Shown here: positions 58,609 to 64,000 of the stretch, one piece after another
Position numbering within the stretch: the stretch's first letter is position 1
How the letters are laid out: each line of letters starts with the position of its first letter
Assembly: GCA_963729715.1 (NCBI GenBank)
Contig: CAVSPA010000003.1
Coordinates: forward strand, 64,001 to 128,000
Reading direction: 5' to 3'
DNA: 64,000 bases
Source: an uncultured delta proteobacterium
Lineage (GTDB): Bacteria > Desulfobacterota > Syntrophia > Syntrophales > UBA2185
Made by a program: the position numbers and the translations under genes
Notes under the pieces: generated by a model
The model's database searches: none
What the model saw: the letters and a program-made list of their open reading frames with translations, nothing else
Told to the model about the DNA's origin: nothing

Positions 58609-59097
58609 CTATTGATGGGGATGGGCCTTCTGTGAATCGACGGAGAGTATCTTTTCTAGCTCATCGAGAAGCCCGATCTGGCCATTGAAGATCTTTTCTC
58701 TCGCTGCCACCATGGAAAACCATGCTGCGCGGTCGATCTCCGGGAATTCGCGTGTGATGCCCGAATGCGGCGGCCATTCGAGAGGGAATGTATTGCTCCT
58801 TGCGGCGGCGGCATCGCAGTCACCCTCTATTGCCCAGGCATATACGAGTTTGTTGTTCCGTTGCCTGACCGGTGTGAGCGCCGTGAAGTGGCCTACTGCG
58901 TTAAAACCCGTTTCCTCTTCAAATTCTTTCTTGGCGGCGGCGAGCGGGTCTTCGTTCGGGCCTAACTCCCCCTTGGGAATTGACCACGACCCCATATCTC
59001 TCTTCGCCCATATCGGTCCGCCGGGATGTACGAGAAATACTTCGAGGGCGCCATGGCGCTGCCTGTAAAGAAGTAATCCTGAGCTCTTCTTCTCCAT
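58609..59097 (-). CDS. NUDIX hydrolase
   Basis: FLVHPGGP, WSIPKGE....AAKKEFEEETG Nudix box. Confidence 0.92.
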   Translation of the reverse strand: MEKKSSGLLLYRQRHGALEVFLVHPGGPIWAKRDMGSWSIPKGELGPNEDPLAAAKKEFEEETGFNAVGHFTALTPVRQRNNKLVYAWAIEGDCDAAAARSNTFPLEWPPHSGITREFPEIDRAAWFSMVAAREKIFNGQIGLLDELEKILSVDSQKAHPHQ

Positions 59098-59128
59098 CCT
59101 GCATTCCTGCGAGTTACTCATCCGCGCA

Positions 59129-61657
59129 TCAGCCGTACCACAGAACCTGCGGAGCCTCGAGAGGCACCATGGCGCCGCCGAGTGCAGGAATCACGCGTGG
59201 TGTGAAGTCTGCAGGCGGCCGGCTGGTCTTGATCTCTGCTTCATAGCGATATGTATTTGTCGGCGCGTCTACGACGCTTGTGCGCGTCATTACGTGAACC
59301 TCATGCGGCTTGTCTAATACGTAATCGGTATAGAGCTGCACCTCCACTGTATCGGGATTCACGGCGCCGAGTCGGAGATCCACCCTGAAGACATGCGAGT
59401 CCGTGCCCGCGTTTTCGAGTGATAGATTATGCATCGACAACTGTGGCCAGAGCATTTCCATCGACTTCTGCCATTGGCTGATCTGCTTGGCGATTTGTGC
59501 ATCATTTGCCTGGCGCTTTGCAGAGGCCTCGATAGCCGGCATGTATATGCGCTCCACATATTCCCTCACCATTCTGTTAGAGCTGAAGGCCGGTGTCAGC
59601 TCCGACATGCTGGCGCGCATGCGCGCCACCCACTCCACCGGAATGCCTTTTTCATTCCTGTTATAGAAGCAGGGCACAACCTCCTTTTCGAGAAGACGGT
59701 ATAACTCTTCCGCTTCGTATGCGTCCCAGTTCGGGTCATCTCCGTGTTGATGGCCGTCGCCGAGGGCCCATCCAACTTCAGGGCGATAGGCCTCGGCCCA
59801 CCATCCGTCTATCTCAGACAGATTCAACCCCCCGTTGACGAGAACCTTCATGCCGCTGGTGCCGCAGGCTTCCCAGGGGCGGCGCGGCGTGTTGATCCAC
59901 AGGTCCACTCCCTGTACGAGCTTCTGCGCGAGTGTCATATCGTAGTCTGCAAGATAGACGACGTGGGGCCGCACTTCCGATTGTCTTATGAACCGGGTCC
60001 AGGCCCGGATCATGTCCCTGCCTTCATCGTCCTGCGGATGGGCTTTGCCGGCAAGTATAAGCTGTACGGGCAGCTCGGGATTGGTAAGGAGACGGATAAG
60101 CCGATCCGGATCGTGAAGGAGGAGGTTCGGTCTTTTGTAGCCTGTGAACCTCCGGGCGAAGCCGATGGTGAGGCTTTTATGATCGAGCAGTTCTTTGCAC
60201 TGCCTGATGTCCTTACCGGGGGCGCCTACGGAGGCGAGCTGCCGCGACAGCCGTTCCTGCACATACCGGATCAGCTCCTTCACGCTTTCCGTACGGAAGT
60301 TCCACAGGTTCTCTTCCGGCACCTCTTTCAGGTTCTGCTCAATCAATTCGAGCGTTCCCTGCCAGCGTGCATCGCCGCAGAAATCGGTCCACAGCGTATC
60401 GGCTACGGCAGAATCCCAGGAGGGCACATGCACTCCGTTGGTGACGTGCGTGACAGGGACTTCATGCTGAGGGATGCGGGGGAATAGGGGCTGAAAGATG
60501 TTGCGGCTGACCTCGCCATGCAGCCGGCTCACGGCGTTGACGGTTCCCGACCCTCTGATGGCAAGATACGCCATATTGAGAGGTTCTTCCTGATCCGAGG
60601 GGTTCTTACGGCCCAGTGCGAAGAGGCCATCAAGGCCAATTCCCAATTCATTTGCGTAAGAAGCGAGATAGTGTTCTATCATGTACGGTGGAAATCTGTC
60701 AAAGCCGGCTTCGACCGGTGTGTGGGTTGTGAAGACGTTGGCGCTTCGCGTTGCCGTTAAAGCGACGTTGAAGGTATGCTCTGTCGCAGCCATGAAATTT
60801 CGCACCCTCTCCAAAACGGCGAGCGATGCGTGTCCCTCATTGAGATGGCATATCTGAGGTTGAATGCCGAGCTTGGAGAGTACGCGCCAACCGCCGATGC
60901 CGAGGGCGATCTCCTGCTGTAGACGGAGTTCCGGCCCGCCTCCGTAAAGTTCGCTCGTGATGCCCCGGTCAATGGCGCTATTGGTAAGATCATTACTGTC
61001 CAGAAGATAGAGCTTGATCTGTCCCACTGTGGCTTCCCATACGCGGAGGCGTACCATACGTCCGGGGAACTCAAGTTCCACGTGCAGCCATTCCCCCTCC
61101 TGATCGCGAACGGGCACGACGGGCAGCTGAGTCGGATCGTTGTAGGGATAAACTTCTCTCTGGCTGCCGTCTGCATTCAGCGTCTGGCGGAAATAACCCT
61201 GCTGATAGAGGAGACCAACGCCTACGGCTGCCACCCCGAGGTCGCTCGCCGTCTTGAGGTAATCACCGGCAAGGATTCCGAGTCCCCCGGAGTAGATGGG
61301 GAGGGCTTCCCCGAGGCCGTACTCCATGCTGAAATAGGCGACAGTAACCGGCGACAGGGGGTAGGCCTGCTGAAACCAGCGGATGGTTTGCAGAGACTCC
61401 CGGTGGGCGGTCAAATATTTTTCCATCAGCTCATGAAACTTCTCATCGGTTTTGAGCGCCTCAAGCCTGGTGCGGGATACCGTCTGCAGGATGAGCCAGG
61501 GGTTGCCGGTAAGATTCCATATATCGGGATCGATATATTCCCACAGCGGGTCTGCCGTATGGCTCCATGACCACCGGAGGTTGAGCGCTAATTCCGTGAG
61601 CCCCTCCAGCCCCTCTGGCATGGGAGGTAAGAAGTAGTTTGCCGGTGCCGTTGCCAT
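59129..61657 (-). CDS. glgP: Alpha-glucan (glycogen) phosphorylase
   Basis: AYFSMEYG, YSGGLGILAGD, HLNEGH, FARRFTGYKR, EACGTSGMK (PLP lysine). Confidence 0.97.
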   Translation of the reverse strand: MATAPANYFLPPMPEGLEGLTELALNLRWSWSHTADPLWEYIDPDIWNLTGNPWLILQTVSRTRLEALKTDEKFHELMEKYLTAHRESLQTIRWFQQAYPLSPVTVAYFSMEYGLGEALPIYSGGLGILAGDYLKTASDLGVAAVGVGLLYQQGYFRQTLNADGSQREVYPYNDPTQLPVVPVRDQEGEWLHVELEFPGRMVRLRVWEATVGQIKLYLLDSNDLTNSAIDRGITSELYGGGPELRLQQEIALGIGGWRVLSKLGIQPQICHLNEGHASLAVLERVRNFMAATEHTFNVALTATRSANVFTTHTPVEAGFDRFPPYMIEHYLASYANELGIGLDGLFALGRKNPSDQEEPLNMAYLAIRGSGTVNAVSRLHGEVSRNIFQPLFPRIPQHEVPVTHVTNGVHVPSWDSAVADTLWTDFCGDARWQGTLELIEQNLKEVPEENLWNFRTESVKELIRYVQERLSRQLASVGAPGKDIRQCKELLDHKSLTIGFARRFTGYKRPNLLLHDPDRLIRLLTNPELPVQLILAGKAHPQDDEGRDMIRAWTRFIRQSEVRPHVVYLADYDMTLAQKLVQGVDLWINTPRRPWEACGTSGMKVLVNGGLNLSEIDGWWAEAYRPEVGWALGDGHQHGDDPNWDAYEAEELYRLLEKEVVPCFYNRNEKGIPVEWVARMRASMSELTPAFSSNRMVREYVERIYMPAIEASAKRQANDAQIAKQISQWQKSMEMLWPQLSMHNLSLENAGTDSHVFRVDLRLGAVNPDTVEVQLYTDYVLDKPHEVHVMTRTSVVDAPTNTYRYEAEIKTSRPPADFTPRVIPALGGAMVPLEAPQVLWYG

Positions 61658-61810
61658 GATGCCCTCCTATGAAATGTCTATATGCGGTGAGCCGCTGTGG
61701 GATGCTCCTGAGTAAAGTTTCTTATTCCGGACAGTCGCCAAGAGGATTCCGGGAGCTCGAGCATCTTATCCCGTATTTAACTTTCAACGATCTTCCTAAA
61801 AATGATAAAA

Positions 61811-61932
61811 AAAATAGATTATCCAATAGTTAGATTCAATAAGGGTAAAATGGTCGTGAATTGGTAGGAAATAGCTCCCATTCCTCTTCCATTTAATACT
61901 CATTGCTTTCCCGCATGCACCGCGCTTACTTT
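61811..61932. promoter_or_regulatory. Recurrent promoter motif, copy D, used bidirectionally (glgP and the secreted-protein gene)
   Basis: Plus: TGGTAG-N7-CTCCCA-N5-CTTCCA-N11-TTGCTT-N18-TACTTT; minus: TGGGAG-N7-CTACCA-N5-CGACCA-N11-TTGAAT-N17-TATTTT. Confidence 0.7.
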
Positions 61933-61990
61933 ATAGGGGACATATTGTATTTCCTATTCCTGAACGCAATCCTTGAAAATACGGAGGTCT

Positions 61991-62371
61991 ATGATGAAGC
62001 GACAAGCTAGTCCCTCGATTCTTGCATGGAAGGCAGCCTTGATCTTGTTGACCCTTTACTGTCTGTATCCCCAGGTGTCTTTTGCCACGTCGCCTTAGGA
62101 CGTGAAACTTGCATACGACGCAGGCACGCAAATGCTGACAGTCACGATCACACACCCGTCTTCCTTTCCCAGTTATCACTATATAAAATATGTCGCAATC
62201 ACGAAGAACGGAGCCGACGTGATGAAAAACACTTATGAAAGTCAGCCCGACACGGATACCTTTGCCTACACATTCAAAGTGCCTGCCGCCGAAGGCGAAA
62301 CGCTGGAGGTGACAGCCACGTGCAGTTTGTAAGGATACAAGACGGTGAATCTGACTGTCGGCAAAAAGTAG
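61991..62371 (+). pseudogene. Secreted desulfoferrodoxin/SOR-like-fold protein with two in-frame stops
   Basis: Signal peptide, then TAG at 62096 and TAA at 62330 in an otherwise open frame; ITHP...HYIK...ATCSL*G resembles SOR metal motifs. Confidence 0.65.
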
Positions 62372-62546
62372 CATACCGAGAGCTTTCCGTCCAGAGATAA
62401 GGACGGACGTTATAAAGATCCCCTCTCTCCCCTTTGCAAAGTGGGATTTTCGGCGCGGCCCTTCTTCTGATTTCATTGAAGATGATATTTTCAAAATAAC
62501 AGGCCGCAGCTATTTAATCCCAGGTCATTTTCCCATTCGTATCGAC

Positions 62547-62616
62547 AGGTAGCTTATACCTACCATTCTTCTTCTATTTTATCCTCATTGCCTTCCTTTG
62601 CTTGGCAAAGTAGTTT
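62547..62616 (+). promoter_or_regulatory. Recurrent promoter motif, copy E
   Basis: AGGTAG-N7-CTACCA-N5-CTTCTA-N11-TTGCCT-N17-TAGTTT. Confidence 0.7.
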
Positions 62617-62706
62617 ACAGAAATAAAATACTCATTCGCTCAATCCGGGCATGGATATACAGATCCGAGAGAAAAGGCCAGGTTATCCGCATTATATGTC
62701 TGACAA

Positions 62707-62904
62707 TTGAGGCGGGAATGCGAAGGGGGACTGCAAAAAGTCCGTGAGATAGTGAAGAAAAGGGGCATTGATATCAGGGTGGGCCGCAAGAAAGAGGACA
62801 TGATCCGCGACTACCAGATGATCGAAGGCTATTCGCCGTGCTTCCATACGAAGGATTCATGCGCAGAGGATTGTATGTGGAAGGAAGACTGCCTTAACGT
62901 CTGA
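62707..62904 (+). CDS. Small SAP/Rho-N-like protein with a Cys4 tail (start uncertain)
   Basis: KKEDMIRDYQMIEGYSPCF...CAEDCMWKEDC. Confidence 0.6.
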   Translation: MRRECEGGLQKVREIVKKRGIDIRVGRKKEDMIRDYQMIEGYSPCFHTKDSCAEDCMWKEDCLNV

Positions 62905-62994
62905 TGTGTCCGGATATCTTTTTCCGCCATTTGATATGACCGCTGCGCCGGCGGGAGTTGTATACACAAGGATGGATAAGGGGAGCCGGGATCG

Positions 62995-63153
62995 ATGGGC
63001 AATCTACACATTATATCAAGAAGTGGCCATCCCTTCTCCGATAGAAAAGAGGCGGGGGGCCTCCTCGGCGATGAACTGAAAAAACTGGGGCTCGAAAAAG
63101 CAAAACCGCTGGTGGTCGCGATTTTGCGCGGGGGAATGTTCAAGATTCCATAG
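62995..63153 (+). pseudogene. N-terminal fragment of a phosphoribosyltransferase
   Basis: PFSDRKEAGGLLGDEL...PLVVAILRGG then a premature stop. Confidence 0.7.
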
Positions 63154-63660
63154 AGCGCTCAAGCAGAAGGATGAGAGAATCCTTTCGAGCTACGATCACG
63201 CAGCCATACGTATGCTATGCAAAAAGGCTGAGGGAAAACGCCCTGACTATGAAGAAGTTTTGAAAATGATGATAGGACAATGTCTGTCGGAGGCGGAATT
63301 AAAGCAAAGTGATCCGGAGTCGTTCTGCTACAATCACTTTTATGCTTATAAATGCTGATCTCAACATATTTTAAAATAGACCGTGGGCACGACTGAAGAG
63401 GCCTCTAACTCTTGAAATGACCGGGACGCCGCAGGGCACGCGGGCGGCACATAAGGGCCGGTCATATTTTGAGGTGCACGCGGAAAGAACAATCCTCTAT
63501 CGCCAGTTCGTGTTGTTCTTCTCTCCTGTGGCGGAGGGTGCTGCCTCTTCACCCTCCGCCAGACACATTTCCCGGAGATTCTTTTCTGAATCGGAGAACT
63601 CTGATGGGCGCGGCCGGTTTGGAGATTACGAAGTGCGGCGCTCTTTGCGGAGGACCAGCC

Positions 63661-63897
63661 ATGAGATTTGTATTGATATTTTTTATTATTGCGCTTTTCT
63701 GTCAGGTCATCATTCATTTACCCGTCGAATCGCGGACAATATTCGGTCCGGTGCACTGGCAGTCGGAGCGTGAGAAGAAGGAATTTCATAGATTGCTCAA
63801 GAAACACGGGCAGCACAGACAGATATCCGTGATCTTTGATGACGGGTCAAAGACGTATTTCATCAACGACAAAGGCGAGAAGTGCCTCTTTAAGTAG
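63661..63897 (+). CDS. Small secreted/membrane hypothetical protein
   Basis: RBS GGAGG before ATG 63661; hydrophobic N-terminus. Confidence 0.6.
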   Translation: MRFVLIFFIIALFCQVIIHLPVESRTIFGPVHWQSEREKKEFHRLLKKHGQHRQISVIFDDGSKTYFINDKGEKCLFK

Positions 63898-64000
63898 GAT
63901 GGAAAAGGCTGGACAGAAAGCACGACCTTCTTATACATATTGGTATCTGACCTACATAGAAAGGCGAGAAGGATTGTGAACATGGCCAAGATGCGTCAAA

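Noticed and set aside
61991..62371. Stop-codon recoding (pyrrolysine or alternative code) suggested by in-frame TAG and TAA
   Set aside because: Two different stop types occur in one gene, and TAG and TAA terminate many intact genes in the window; simple nonsense mutations are more likely

Overview
Chromosomal accessory region of an anaerobic Gram-negative bacterium; gene content and style suggest a Syntrophales/Desulfobacterota-like fatty-acid degrader (inference). From left to right: (1) 1-8.5 kb, a fatty-acid/acyl-CoA catabolic cluster (CoA ligase, etfAB, histidine phosphatase, acyl-CoA dehydrogenase, TetR, APH-type kinase, SDR, 3-hydroxyacyl-CoA dehydrogenase). (2) 8.5-10.6 kb, a DUF1566 gene with DGR-target-like hallmarks and a TPR gene. 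(3) 10.9-39 kb, a large cofactor/metal-uptake island. It holds a cobamide salvage operon with two cobalamin riboswitches (one overlapping the btuD coding sequence), a signal-peptide-bearing CbiZ and a cbiR relic. It also holds a tonB-exbBD-TonB receptor-ECF transporter-radical SAM operon with NikR-type operators, a 38%-His protein, a Zn/Mn-type ABC system led by a CxxC/RAPP leader ORF, and an IS110 whose bridge-RNA loops can be read from the sequence. (4) 39-64 kb, a stress/signalling region (SRAP/LexA with a GAAC-N4-GTTC box, amrS, bfr, 2-oxoacid oxidoreductase, wrbA, PAS kinase, receiver proteins, degQ, pal, glgP). There, a previously unnamed promoter architecture (TGGTAG-N7-CTACCA-N5-CTWCCA-N11-TTG) recurs at 5-7 promoters. 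Many pseudogene relics are present. No rRNA, tRNA or CRISPR array was seen. All calls come from reading the sequence by eye, without database searches.
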